Assembly: GCF_006345805.1 (NCBI RefSeq)
Contig: NC_042997.1
Coordinates: forward strand, 175,770,001 to 175,834,000
Direction: 5' to 3'
Source of the DNA: Octopus sinensis
Lineage: Eukaryota
Length of the DNA stretch: 64,000 nt
Under the pieces are notes generated by a model. The model did no database searches. It saw only the letters and a program-made list of their open reading frames with translations, and had not been told where the DNA came from. Made by a program: the position numbers and the translations under genes. This document shows positions 48,862 to 62,870 of the stretch, piece after piece (positions within the stretch are counted from its first letter, which is position 1; every line of letters begins with the position of its first letter).

Positions 48862-50790
48862 TAACTTAGAATAACTTAGAAAGGTTTTTGGCCAGTATTG
48901 GCCCAGGCCATGTCTAACTTAATAGCACCACCTGGCGAAGTCTTTCAGTTCAGGATTTGGGCACCAAGGCCCATTCGAGCAGAGAGTTATTGTTTGCGGA
49001 GACATATCCGGGTGTGGGTGGTTTGTCCGGTACTGTTTGAAGAAATTGTCCAAAGACTTCTTGAATTTTGTGTGGTCAGTTTCTTTTTTGACGTGTCCTG
49101 GTGTAATGTTGAAGAGAGCGGGTCCAATTGAGGTGAAATAGTTGTGCCGTATTGTCGTTATGTGATGCGATTTAGATTTTTGTTGTGGACGGATGGCACG
49201 TGGTCCAAGCCTTGGATGCATTTTGAAGGTGATGCCAACATCATTCGGACAGTGCTGATGGATATTTTCCACATCATACAGATAATGTAGCGTTCACGGC
49301 GTCGTTGGAGTGAATACAATTTCAGCTTCTCTAGTCTACCCCAGTAGTCAAGGTCTGACATGCCATCTATATTTTTTGTGATTGACCTTTGGGGAGCTTC
49401 AATTCTCATAATATTTTGTTTTGTGTAGGGAGACCACAGTGGACAGCAGTATTCAAGGTGGGGTCGGGCAAAAGTGGAGAAGAGAAGGATACTAGCGTGG
49501 GAATCTCTCGACTGGAAGGTTCTGAGAATCCAGGAACACATTCTGCGGGCCATGTCAACTTTGCTGCTTATATGTGTAGCCCAGCTTATGTTGTTGTCCA
49601 CTGTTACTCCCAGGTCTCTGATGTTGTTGGATGCCATGAGAATTTCTCCAGAAAGAAGAGAGTATGGGAGTTTCAGAGCGTCCTCCCTTCCAAAGTGGAT
49701 CAGTTCGAATTTGTCTTCATTTAGCAACATGTTATTCTTTTCCGCCCATTGGACAACAGCCAGTAGGTCTGACTGAAGGTTTATTCGGTCATCCACGCCA
49801 TTGATGACCTTCTGGAGCTTGGAATCATCAGCGAAGGTTCTGATGTTGCTGTGTTTGATGGTGTCAGTAATATCATTTATGTAGATGATGAAGAGAAGTG
49901 GGCCCAACACAGTGCCTTGTGGGACACCACTGCTGACTTTGGCTGGGCTGGATTTGACTCCTTCGACTACAACATGTTGGGTTCTGTTAGAGAGGAAGCA
50001 CTTGATCCATTGCAGCAGCTTTCCAGTGACACCAATATTGGACAGCTTTCTCAGAAGGATCTTATGATCAACCCTGTCAAAGGCCTTGCTGAAATCAAGG
50101 TAGATGACATCAGTGTTGGAACCCTCTCCCAAGGCTCTCAAAATGTCATCAAAATGATGCAGTAGCTGCGTCAGGCAATCTCTCCCATTACGGAATCCAT
50201 GCTGGTTGGGGTTCAGCATATTATGACTCTCAAGGAAGTGAGTCATACGCGATCTCAGCACCCCTCAAATACCTTGATGATATGAGAGGTGAGTGAGATT
50301 GGACGGTAATTCACGGCAAGCGATTTGTTTCCTTTTTTGAAAACTGGGACAACAGACTGGGATAGAAGGTCTTCTGTATATATCCAGCATCCAATGAGTT
50401 CCGCCACAGATTGGCTAGAGGGGGTGCAAGTTGGTTTTGACACATCTTCAAGACACAAGCAGGGAACCTATCGGGACCTACTGCTGAATTATGCTTCATT
50501 CCTTTATTGCTGCTAAGACATCAGGAGCGCCAAATGTTATGTCCGATAAAGTGTATTGGGGAGTAACATCACTGATACAGCCCAGATCAGTCATATCAGG
50601 ATTGCTGAAAACAGAGCAATATTGTTTCTGCAATATTCTCCCATGGTTTTGGCATTGTCTTGAAGAGTACCATTTTCATCAATCAGAGGGCAACAGTAGA
50701 ACCAGTGTTTTTTTGCAAATGAAAAGAACACTTTGGGATTGAGTTTGATCTTCTCAATGGCCCAGGCCTCTTCAGCTCTTCGCTGACTAT
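48862..50790 (-). mobile_element. CR1/L2-type LINE, 5'-truncated, RT domain with frameshifts
   Basis: ORF 49158..50261 NQHGFR, YLDFSKAFDRVDH, GVPQGTVLGPLLF, FADD, RPHLEYC; tail (TTCTAAGTTA)2; short 3' remnant also at about 12419-12460. Confidence 0.93.
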
Positions 50791-50799
50791 TGATGATAG

Positions 50800-51680
<881 letters not shown>

Positions 51681-51870
51681 TATGTATGTATGCCTGTGTG
51701 TTTATATCCCCATAACTTAGCGGTTTAGCAAAAAAGACCAATAGAATAAGTACTTGGCTTACAAAGAATAAGTCCTAGGGTCGATTTGTTTGACTAAAAT
51801 GCCAGTGCTCCAGCATGGCTGCAATCAGATGACTGCAACAAATAAAAGAATATATATATATATATATATC

Positions 51871-53563
51871 TGATTGATTGATTGATTGATTCTAGTTTCA
51901 GCTCACGAGCTGTGGCCATGCTGGGGCACCGCCATTTGGTGTTGCTACATGGTTTTACTTCACAAGTGCTTTTTAGCAACTGTCATTTGGTGCATGAGAG
52001 AGTTCGATGCAGCTGCCCTCATCTGCACCTCCTGCCGTGAAGTTGGTTCATCTGGGATACCTGACAAGAAGAGATCCAGTTTCATTTTAAAGACATCTGC
52101 ATCTACCCCATGCAGGTCTCTTAGGTTCTTCGGGAGGATATTGAAGAGCTGTGGGCCTCGGAAGCCCAGGCCATCACAGTATCTTGTCCTACATCTTGAT
52201 GGCAAATTTGGAGTCCTTGACACCACGCAGTGGCGCCCAGTTCTGGCATTTGTGTAACTCTTGATGCCAAAGTTTGGGACAAGTCCTTCCAGGATCTTCC
52301 AGATGTATATTATGGCATATCTTTCTCGCCTACGCTCCAAGGAATAGAGTTTTAATCTCTTGAGTCTTTCCCAGTAGCTTATATGCTGCACAGAGGCTAT
52401 CTTCTACGTGTAGCTATGTTGGATCGCCTCAAGTTCTGTGATCAGCTTGACACTGGATGGTGACCATAGCTGAGAGCAATAGTCAAAGTGGCTTAGGACA
52501 AGTATCCTCCAGAGGACCATCATGGTTTCTTGTTCTCTTGTTCTAAAGGTTCTAAGAATCCATCCGGCCAGTCGTCTACATTTCATTGCCAATTTAGCAA
52601 CATGTACACGAAAGGTTGCGTCATCACTCATGTAAATACCCAGGTCACGCACTGATTGTGCCTCTGGGATTGCAATTCCTCCAGGTCCAGTGTATTCATT
52701 GGGTATTGCATTTAGTTTTGCATGCTGATAGCATAAAGCTTGAAACTTTTCAGCATTGAACTGCATGCTATTCTTTTCAGCCCACTTGTATATTTTGTCC
52801 AGCTCACATTGCAGGTGTTTAGTGTCCTCAGGGTCCTGTATTGCCTGTGAAACTTTTGTATCATCTGCATAACTTGTGATCATGGCTCTCTGCGTGGCTG
52901 AGGGCCATTATGAACAGTAGTGGTCCCAAAACAGTGCCCTGCGGAACACCGCTCACTACTACCACCTGACTTCTATCTTTCAGAAAGTCATGAAGCCATT
53001 CTCCCAGTTTTCCAACTATGCTAAGATCACGCAGTTTGTGACATATCATTCCATGATCAACTTTATCAAAGGCCTTTGCAAAGTCGAGATATATCACTTC
53101 CACATTTGAGTGGTTGAGCAGTCGTTTCAGCACTCAGTCATAGTGTTGTAGGAGCTGAGTTAAGCAACTTCTTCCTGGTCGGAAACCATGTTGGGTGTCA
53201 GGCAGCAAGTCATTTTCTTCAAGGAAGGTGATCAGTTTCCTTCTGACTATTCGTTCCATGACCTTGCTGATGTGTGAGGTCAGAGAGATAGGTCTGTAGT
53301 TCTTGGCCTCCGCTCTGCTACCTCCTTTATGAATAGGGCATATTTTACCTTCCTTCAGTTTTCTTGGAAGTTTGCCAGCTGCAAGGAAGCTCTAAAAGAG
53401 GAACTGCAGTGGTCTTGCTAGGACTCTCTTACATACTTTTAGGGGCCAGTAGCTGAGTCTGTTTTCATTTCATCTATAGCCTTTATTACATCGTCTTCCT
53501 TTATATCGATGTAATCTATCGTCGCTGCCTCTGATTTTATATCTGCAGTGGTAAAGAAGTCAG
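51871..53563 (-). mobile_element. Second CR1/L2-type LINE family, 5'-truncated, frameshifted RT
   Basis: YLDFAKAFDKVDH, GVPQGTVLGP, YADDTK, LYSLERRRERY; (AATC)n tail. Confidence 0.93.
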
Positions 53564-53579
53564 TTATATATATATATAT

Positions 53580-53793
53580 ACTCCTTACTTGTTTCAGTCA
53601 TTTGACTGTGGCTATGCTGGAGCACCGCCTTTAGTTGAGCAAATCGACCCCAGGACTTATTCTTTGTAAGCCTAGTACTTATTCTATCGGTCTCTTTTGC
53701 CAAGCCGCTAAGTTACAGGGATGTAAGCACACCAGCATCGGTTGTCAAGCGATGTTGGGGGACAAACACAGACACACAAACATATTTGCACAC

Positions 53794-53832
<39 letters not shown>

Positions 53833-54005
53833 CATATTTACAATGGGCTTCTTCCAGTTTCCGTCTACTAAATCCACTCACAAGGCTTTGGTTGGCCCAA
53901 GACTATAGTAGAAGACATTTGCCCGAGGTGCCACGCAGTGGGACTGAACCCAGAACCATGTGGTTCGTAAGCAAGCTACTTACCACACAGCCACTTCTAC
54001 GCCTA
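53580..54005 (-). mobile_element. SINE-A
   Basis: family match. Confidence 0.85.
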
Positions 54006-54469
54006 TATATATATGACATAGGAGAGTAAACTGCCAGTAGATCTGGCTATAAAGAATATGTATTAATGATTACTGCTGAAGGAGGGTGAGACAAGGTGAT
54101 TATCTCCAATCATTTTCATTAGCCATGAGATGTTGAAAGCGAAGGTAATTGGCAGAGTTAGGTTGCTTTTCTTGGCAATTGGTTACACAGTCACAGGTGC
54201 AGGTATGGCTGTGATTAAGAAGTTCACTTTGCAACTATGTGGTTTTGGGTTCAGTCCCACCTGGGGCCAGTGTGTTCTACTACATCCTTGGTCAATTAAT
54301 GCTCTGTGACTGAATTTGTTAGATAGAGACTGTGTGGACCCAGCAAAATCAAACCATTGTTCAATTTCATCTTTCTCTCTCTCTATTAAAATATATATGC
54401 ATTTGTAGGTCGTGTGTGTGTGTGTGTGTGTGTGACTATAATAAATTCATACGTCCATCATTCATACAG

Positions 54470-54795
54470 CCCTGTGTCGGTGGCACGTAAAAGCACCATC
54501 CGTTCGTGTTCGTTGCCAGCCTCGGCTGGCCCCCGTGCCGGTGACACATAAAAGCACCGTCCGTTCGTGGCCGTTTGCCAGCTCTGTCTGGCACCTGTGC
54601 AGGTGGCACGTAAAAAACACCCACTACACTCGCGGAGTGGTTGGCGTTAGGAAGGGCATCCAGCCGTAGAAACACTGCAAAATCTGACTGGGCCTGATGA
54701 AGCCTTCCGACTTCACAGACCCCAGTTAAACCGTCCAACCCATGCTAGCATGGGAAACGGACGCTAAATGATGATGATGATGATGATGATGATGA
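54470..54795 (+). mobile_element. RTE 3'UTR fragment with three tandem units
   Basis: matches 10810-11295; further copies near 7090-7420, 38337-38450, 45365-45533, 45898-46147, 57400-57682, 61822-62080. Confidence 0.85.
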
Positions 54796-55529
54796 TCTCA
54801 ATGTTATAATCATCAGAATTGTTTTCCCACCATCTTTTATACTGTGTTTCTATTTATCTTTGGTGATTCTCTCATAATTAAAATATTTTTTGATAATATA
54901 ATAAAAAAATTGTACTGTTGATACTGAATTGATGTGATGACAATAATGACAATGATGATGATGATGATGATGACAATTATGAGGAGGATAGTCAAAAAAA
55001 AATGATAAGACTGACACAAACGAGATCATTCCTGCCGTGTTTCTCAAACAGTGAGGATATCAGAGACTGCTACATATTTGATTTTAAACCTTAATTCTAA
55101 TACAAACTTTAAATTTAGTTTTTCATTATAATGTCATTCACTCTTTGTTGACCAGTTATAGATTAATTTGATATTTTTCTAACTTAAGACAGCTTTTTGT
55201 TTTGCTTTTGTCCTTATCAGCTTGCCATTTACAGTTTTATAGGTTATCAGAGTTGGCTTGGCAACCAGCAGCATTTATGTAAATGCTAGCAATTTTAATA
55301 ATAATAAATATGCAAGAACAGCCACAGTGGATGGGAGATTAAAGTGTCTGACGACTAGTTTCCAAGTTGTATGTTCAACCCTTACAATTGATACAATGAT
55401 GTCCCTGTTAACCAAAGTGTATCACTCTCTTTGTGATTCTTACTGATATTCTCCACCTCCCCAACTACAAATTGGTACCTTTACTACTATATGATTAAAT
55501 AACCCGCTTTTAAAAAGAAATATTTTAGT

Positions 55530-55948
55530 TGGCGCAGGAGTGGCTGTGTGGTAAGTAGCTTGCTTACCAACCACATGGTTCCGGGTTCAGTCCCACTGCA
55601 CCCGGAACCATGTGGTTGGTAAGCGAGTGTCTTTTACTATAGCCTCGGGCCGACCAAAGCCTTGTGAGTGGATTTGGTAGACAGAAACTGAAAGAAGCCC
55701 ATCATATATATGTATATATATATGTATGTATGTGTGTGTGTTTGTGTGTCTGTGTTTGTCCCCCTAGCATTGCTTGACAACTGATGCTGGTGTGTTTATG
55801 TCCCCGTCACTTAGCGGTTCGGCAAAAGAGACCAATAGAATAAGTACTGGGCTTACAAAGAATAAGTCCCGGGGTCGAGTTGCCTGATTAAAGGCGGTGC
55901 TCCAGCATGGCTGCAGTCAAATGACTGAAACAAGTAAAAGAGTAAAAG
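55530..55948 (+). mobile_element. SINE-A with an internal templated inversion
   Basis: family match except 55600-55624. Confidence 0.88.
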
Positions 55949-56164
55949 ACAGTATGTGATCTAGTGGCTAAGATGTTGGGTTTATGATCATAAGGTAGGG
56001 GGTTTGATTCCACATGTCTTTGAGCCAAGTATTGCTTCTCATGTTGCTCCAGTCAACTCAGTTTGAGTAGCTCGCTTTCACTTCAGCTCTGTAATATTCA
56101 AAGTTTCACCAGGTCAAGGATGGGAAGGATGAGATAGAGTTAATGTTTGCTCACAACCATATCT

Positions 56165-56390
56165 ATCTATCTATCCACTCAGTCGAAGTCGACTCTTGGT
56201 TACTCGATGGATCAGTGTCCTCCAGTCAGTTCTATCCTGGGCCGCTTCTTTCAGATTGGCTATGTCCATTCCGGTATCACTCTTGATGGTGTCAAGCCAG
56301 CGGGTTCTTGGTCAGCCTCTTCCTCTCTTGCCACTGACCATTCCGAGCATAATGTCCTTCTCCAGGGATTTTCTCTGCATAATATGACCA
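56165..56390 (-). mobile_element. RTE (BovB-like) 3' fragment
   Basis: near-identical to 18580-18800. Confidence 0.85.
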
Positions 56391-58169
56391 AAAATAATTA
56401 GCAAAAGTATGGTACACGCAACCAGGTTGTACTCACTTGCAAGTGATGGTTATTATTTTTTTTAAATATACTAGTACCAACAATATCATCATCATCATCA
56501 TTTAATGTCCATTTTCCTTACTGGCATGAGTTAGTTTGACAGGAGCTGGTAATTTGGAGAGCTGCACCAAACCTCAATTGTCTGTTTTGATGTGGTTCCT
56601 ACAGCTAGATGCCCTTCCTAATGCTGACCACTTTACAGAGTGTATTGGGTGCTTTCTATGTGGCACCAGCATGGGAGCTTCTTACATGGCACCAGCACAG
56701 GTGCTTTCTATGTGGCACCAATCCACATCTATGTCAGACAGTGGCTGCCAGAAAGTTGGATTTGATAAATTTGGGTTTTATATTGTTGATGTCGTGAAAA
56801 TTTTAGAAACTTTTGAGAGAGTGTGAAATAATGAATAGTGGATCTTGAAGCATACATAAGGCTATTAATAATCCCTTCTACTATAAGCACAAGGCCTGAA
56901 ATTTGGTGGGAGGGGATAAGTCAAACACATCAACTCCAGTGTGTAACTTGTACTTATTTCATCGATCCTGAAAGGATGAAAGCAAAGTTGACTTTGGCAG
57001 AATTTGAACTCAGAACATAAGGACAAACAAAATGCAGCTAAGCATTTTGCCCAGTGTGCTAACAATTCTGCCAGCTCACCACCTTAATAAAACTATTAAT
57101 AATAGCATGTAAAGTTTATAAAATTGTTATGACATCAACAGCATACACTCACTGGTAAGAATAAAGTTCCTAAAATGGGTCGAGAAATTTAAGGGATTGC
57201 TTTGGTCCAATGGTAGAACACCAGTCATGTCTACAAGAGAAGTGGGTTCATATCCCACAGACAGCTTTTGACATTTTCTATCCAAAAGGGATTTTCAACC
57301 CATTATTTACAAGCTGGTATTTATGGGATTCATGTGTTTCATCTGTATGGTAATTCTAATCAGAACATCCACACTTAAAAGTTAAGTTCTCTAATTCAAG
57401 CTAATGTCGCTGGACTGGCTCCTGTGCAGGTGGCAGATAAAAAGCACCATTTGAGCGTGGCTGTTGCCAGTACCACCTAACTGACCCTCATGCCGGTGGC
57501 ATGTAAAAGCACCCACTACACTCTCAGAGTGGTTGGCGTTAGGAAGGGCATCCAGCTGTAGAAACTCTACCAGATCAAAATTGAAGCCTGGTGCAGCCAT
57601 CTGGTTCGCCAGAACTCAGTCAAATCGTCCAACCCATGCTAGCATGGAAAGGGGACGTTAAACACGTTAAACAATGATGATGAATTATTATCTACATGGT
57701 TATTATCTAATAAAAATAGTAGCCTTACTAATAGAAATAGTAGCCTTATCTCTCACATATCATTTCCTGTTTTAAAAATAAATGACCCCAGCCATATAGC
57801 TGAAATGAATAAAAGAACAAAAGAATTGATAATACTATAATTATTGTTTTAATGTTCAGTTTTCAATGCTTGATTGGGTCAGATGGAATTCATTGAGGCA
57901 AATAAAAATTGGATGACCACAATATGATGCATAATTAGACTGTTTTTGGTTTATTGGTTGAAGAAGGATTGTATAGAATGCTTAGTATAAAGAATAGAGA
58001 AACTTTAAAACAGTGATTGTATGAGCCTAAGAGATAGCAAGTTGGTAAAAATGGCTACCATCTTAAAAAAAGAAAGGACATATTAAACAATATGGCCTTA
58101 GGTATTCAAAAAGATAGGATGGTCATATCTAGAAAGCCTTTGATCTAGATCTATTCAATCACAACAGTT

Positions 58170-58533
58170 ACAGGTGCAGCGCCAACAATGTGTACCCAAG
58201 GAAATACATTGGGTGTACTGGGAATTCTTTCAAGCAACGTGTTTCCAACCATAAATCCTCCTTCAGGTTCCTGGAAAGAAGATACATAACATTGCTGGCC
58301 AGTCATGTCTTGCAACTAAGAGACAACAGAATCCCACACTCAATCTCATGGAAAATCCTCAAAGACCCAGGCCCCTACATCAACAGGACAAAGTGCTGCA
58401 AGTTATGCATAGCTGAACACACGAGAGTCCTAAAAGACTCGCTTGAGCCAGGGAGCATTCTTAACTCCAGAACAGAGATTTTCAGACCATGTTTCCACTT
58501 TAGGAAATTCCTGCTAGTATTTTGGGATCCACA
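58170..58533 (+). mobile_element. Penelope-like GIY-YIG endonuclease C-terminal fragment
   Basis: KYIGCTGNSFKQRVSNHKSSF...ISWKIL...CKLCIAE...LNSRTEIFRPCFHFRKFLL. Confidence 0.88.
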
Positions 58534-59247
58534 AGACCTGGGATGAAGTGGTGAAGCACAACCTTTGAATATTAGGCCTCACCGAGGCAATGACTAGTGA
58601 CCAAGACCTTTGGAAATATGCTGTGCTTGAGAAGACCCGGCAAGCCAAGTGAGACCATAACCTCATGGCCTATGCCAGTGGCATATAACCAGCCCACTTA
58701 TGAGTACCCTTCATTTATTAGACAATAAACTTTGCTTGCAAAGACCTGTTGAGGGAAATGAGATCGAAATCGAAATCAAATTTGATGACTGGCATCCGTG
58801 CTTGTGGAACGCTAAGAGCACCATCTGAGCGTGATCGTTGCCAGAGCAGCTAACTGGTTTTCATGCCAGTGGCACATAAAAAGCATCATTCAAGCGTGAT
58901 CATTACCAGCGTCGTCTTCCTGGTACTTGTGCCAGTGGCATGTGTAAAAAGATTCAAGCGAGGTCATTGTCAGTGTCACTGGACTAGTTCCTGTGCAGGT
59001 GGCACGTAAAAACACCATTTGAGTGTGGCCATTGCCAGTACCACCTGACTGGCCCTCGTGCCGGTGGCATGTAAAAGCACCCACTACACTCTCAGAGTGG
59101 TTGGCGTTAGGGAGGACATCCAGCTGTAGAAACTCTGCCAGATCAGATTGGAGCCTGGTGCAGCCATCTGGTTCACCAGTCCTCAGTCAAATCGTCCAAC
59201 CCATGCTAGCATGGAAAGCGGACATTAAACGATGATGATGATGATGA
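58533..59247 (+). mobile_element. RTE 3' end (KTWDEVVKH...[17 protein letters not shown]) plus 3'UTR array and (ATG)n tail
   Basis: homologous to 10550-10667 and 9585-10120. Confidence 0.88.
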
Positions 59248-60799
59248 TAGATTACATGGTTGGAATTCTTAACCACACAGCCACACCTATATCAATTACA
59301 CAGGACAGAATACCATAAAAATATCATAAATAATTTGTCCTGGAATTCTATTGTTTCTGCTAATTTTCTATCCTTTACAAAGCAATTATTAACTGCAAAA
59401 GGTTCTAGATTATTGAGAGTCCTATTGTTGTTAAAACAAAGTCTACTTTAATATTATCTAATTTCAATGAGAATCCATGTTTACAGCAACTATTAGATAT
59501 GCACAAATCATAAGCAATCATAAATCAAAGTTTAACTCATTAGCTGCAACAACCCAGAGACAATGATAAAATACTTTGAAGTATTAAGTGAAGCTAGAAA
59601 CATTTACAAGTTTCCTGTTCACTTAAATGTAACCTTTTCTAAATACCATTATACTGGTGTAATTTTGCCAGTGATATTCTGAATCTCATATTAAGTTTTG
59701 TGACTGGTCAACATGCTAAAGAAGAAAATATCTTGTAAGATTCATTACTCATACAACATATACGCCAACATTTTAACCAACCAGTTTTATCATTAAATTT
59801 TTTAAAAATCTTATTTTCTTTTCACTTGATGGAAACTACAAAGAGTGACCCGGAATTTGATGGGTAGTATTCAACAAAATCATTGAAGATTTGTACCTAT
59901 TTCTATCCTCTAACTTTTTTTTTCTTTTTCATTGTATATGGCCTGATCTTTCTTGCATATCAGTTTCTACAATATTGTGTGTCTTAATTAGGTTGTATTA
60001 CTGACCTAAAATCCAATCAGGAGAAGTGCACTTTATCCTTTGTGGAGAAACGAGTGTATTAAATTGTACTAATAGAACAATACTATTTTTACCTTGTTGA
60101 ATGTGGAGAATGAGGAAGAAGCCATAGCTTTTACAGGCTATCTGAGACCAGAGAGACTGATAACCTTAATGTCTCCATATATACCCCTGATGTGCTTTCA
60201 CAATGCAAAAGCTGTTCCTACTTGTTTGGACATGAACTCACCAGGAAGCATCTGACTGAGCATACGAAATGTTCAGTAGGTAGTCGACACCCATAGCTAA
60301 CAGTTGCATATTGTCCTTCTCTTCCAGATTGTGAAAACTTACCATAACATTTAATCTAAATACAGTGAAATTTTAAGACTTCATTTTTTTATGGGCATAT
60401 ATGGGTTAATAAAAACGTCGCCCTTTTCAAGCCTAGCCAGGCTCATGGGCCCGGTTTCCTGGTTTCTGTGGCGTATGTGTTCCCCTCCCCCAGCTGGACG
60501 GGACGCCAGTCCATCACAGCGTTACTCAAGAAACAGGAAGAGAGAGTAAGAGAAAGTTGTTGCGAAAGAGTACAACAGGGGTCACCACCACCCCCTGCCA
60601 GAGCCTCGTGGAGCTTTTAGGTGTTTTCGCTCAATAAACACACACAACACCCGGTCTGGGAATCAAAACTAAGATCCTCCAACTGCGAGTCCGCTGCCCT
60701 AACCACTGGGCCATTGTGCCTCCATATAGGTTAATACATGCAGGAAAAACATGAACAGAGATTACCAGAAACCCAATATTCTGGGATAGGGGAGGTTAG

Positions 60800-61100
60800 G
60801 CATTATAGTTAGTGCAGGGTTTGGGGAAATGAGGTTGAACACAACATGACTGATGAGAAGGGGTGAAGCAATGAGTGGAGTGTTTGAATAGAAGTGACAT
60901 GGGCCCAACCAGATCCAAGGAACAGAAACAGTTTTAGTAGTGATAGAAAAGGCAGAGAGAGGAGAGAGAATGCCTGTGAGCTAGTGGCTGGAAGGATTGG
61001 AAGAGAAGTGGGATAATATTTGAGTGACATTATGTCAATCAACCAAGTGGCTTTTCTCGGGATGCACTCTAAGGTATGTGTGCAGCAGCACCATCCCTGG
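60800..61100 (-). mobile_element. Old LINE RT C-terminal remnant
   Basis: reverse strand LQPLAHR...SSLCLFYHYY-like stretch; similar purine-rich relic at about 4625-4810. Confidence 0.45.
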
Positions 61101-61237
61101 TGTGGAAGTAATGCACCACTGTGGGACTCACCTCAGCTTTGTGGAGTGTCACTAATTGTTGGTGACTGAAGTAACTCTTAGACCTGAAGAGAAGGGAGTT
61201 TTTTGGGGATGTGGCACTAGCTTGGCAGTTTTTTGTG

Positions 61238-61466
61238 TTAACCCTTTCGTTACTGTATTTATTTTGAGATGCTCTGTGTTTCTTTCAATTAATTTTAAAT
61301 ATAACAAAGAATTTAGTAAAATAACTTAGTTATCATTCAGCTAGTGTTAGGAACATAAATTGTGACTAAGGTTTGGTGGAAGATTTTAATTCAAAATTTA
61401 TGAAAACAAGACATTTGTACTCAGAGCCAGAGCCGGTTTCAGCCGGGTTGGTATCGAAAGGGTTAA
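61238..61466. mobile_element. TTAA MITE family A
   Basis: TTAACCCTTTCG...CGAAAGGGTTAA; nearly identical to 27479-27706. Confidence 0.88.
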
Positions 61467-62699
61467 TACTGCTTACAGTGGTTCGCTACACTATATTGTA
61501 ATACTTACTTAGAAGTGGGTAGACTTGACTACTGAGAGTGCAGTGGTCTTAGATCTGGATACACTTCAAGTGCTGATAGCAAGACATGAACTGCCAACCT
61601 CTTGTCTAGTTATCTATTAGTCTATGTACTCCAACTTAAGAGTTTACCACTTGTCAGTGCAGGAACACATTGTTCCAGATACTTATTGGTTTAAAAAGAG
61701 CTGATTTTCACATTGTAAAATTTAGACCCATGACAGAGTTAACCGTTAACACAGATCAAATGAAAAAAGGATGAAATTATTTGGAGAAATGGTGCAATCT
61801 AAACCATTGCAACATGAACAAATCATCATCATCATCATCATCATCGTTTAACGTCCGCTCTCCATGCTAGCATGGGTTGGACGGTTCAACTGGGGTCTGG
61901 GAAGCCAGAAGGCTGCACCAGGCCCAGACTGATCTGGCAATGTTTCTACAGCTGGATGCCCTTCCTAACACCAACCACTCCGTGAGTGTAGTGGGTGCTT
62001 TTTACGTGCCACCGGCACAGGTGCCTGACGAGGCTGGCAAATGGCCACGATCGGGTGGTGCTTTTTACATCCCACCGGATGATGATGATAATGGATGCTG
62101 ACATCATAGCCACTGCTGCCAACAACAACAACAATAGTGATGCATTGATCACATAAGCATGAAGTCAAATTTTTCTCTTAGGGGAATGGAAATTAACTTC
62201 ATATTCTAGTTTTGATTCAACTGAATATTTAAGTACTTTTTAATTAAAGATCAAAGTCAAAAGAATCTTGGTCTCTCTAACTAAAAAAAAATCGATTTTT
62301 AAAAATCAAGAATGCAATGGTGTAGCTATTCGCTGGAGCAGGGGTAAATTGAAGTCTTAGGAGAAACTTTTTACACCAATTTATCAAATTATTCCTATTG
62401 CCGAAATTTAAGTTTGATTTTAAATGCACATTCTAGGTAATATATGTGATTTTTTTGTGCTCTTAATTCAAAATAAAAAATAACTCATTTTCAACAATAT
62501 TTACACTAATTTGTTGATGAAAGAACAAAGTTGTAACGAATACGTAACTACTCAGGTTCTACAATCCTTGCCTTATACCAAGAATAAAATATAATGTCCC
62601 CTTAAATTTACTATAGCGCATTTTATAAAATTAAATTTACTATAGTTCATTTTATAAGATTAGATTCACTGTAGCTCATTACCAAATAAAGTGTAAATT

Positions 62700-62870
62700 T
62701 AACTGGAGTCAGTGTCAGAGTCAGTATAGTTTTAATGACTCTGACTCCAGCTACCCCTTAACTGTTTCTGACTCCAATTCCATGACTCCAACTCTGACTC
62801 CATGACTCTGATTCTGACTCCATAACTCCGACTCCATGACTCCGACTCCATGACTCTGACTCTGACTCCA
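62700..62870. repeat. Degenerate (GACTCY)n hexamer repeat with a short inverted start (GGAGTCAG)
   Basis: TGACTCTGACTCC, GACTCCATGACTCC repeats. Confidence 0.75.

Noticed and set aside
60000-60345. Possible exon(s) of a second gene (splice-like signals on both strands)
   Set aside because: No recognisable protein similarity and no partner exons; may be a decayed transposon
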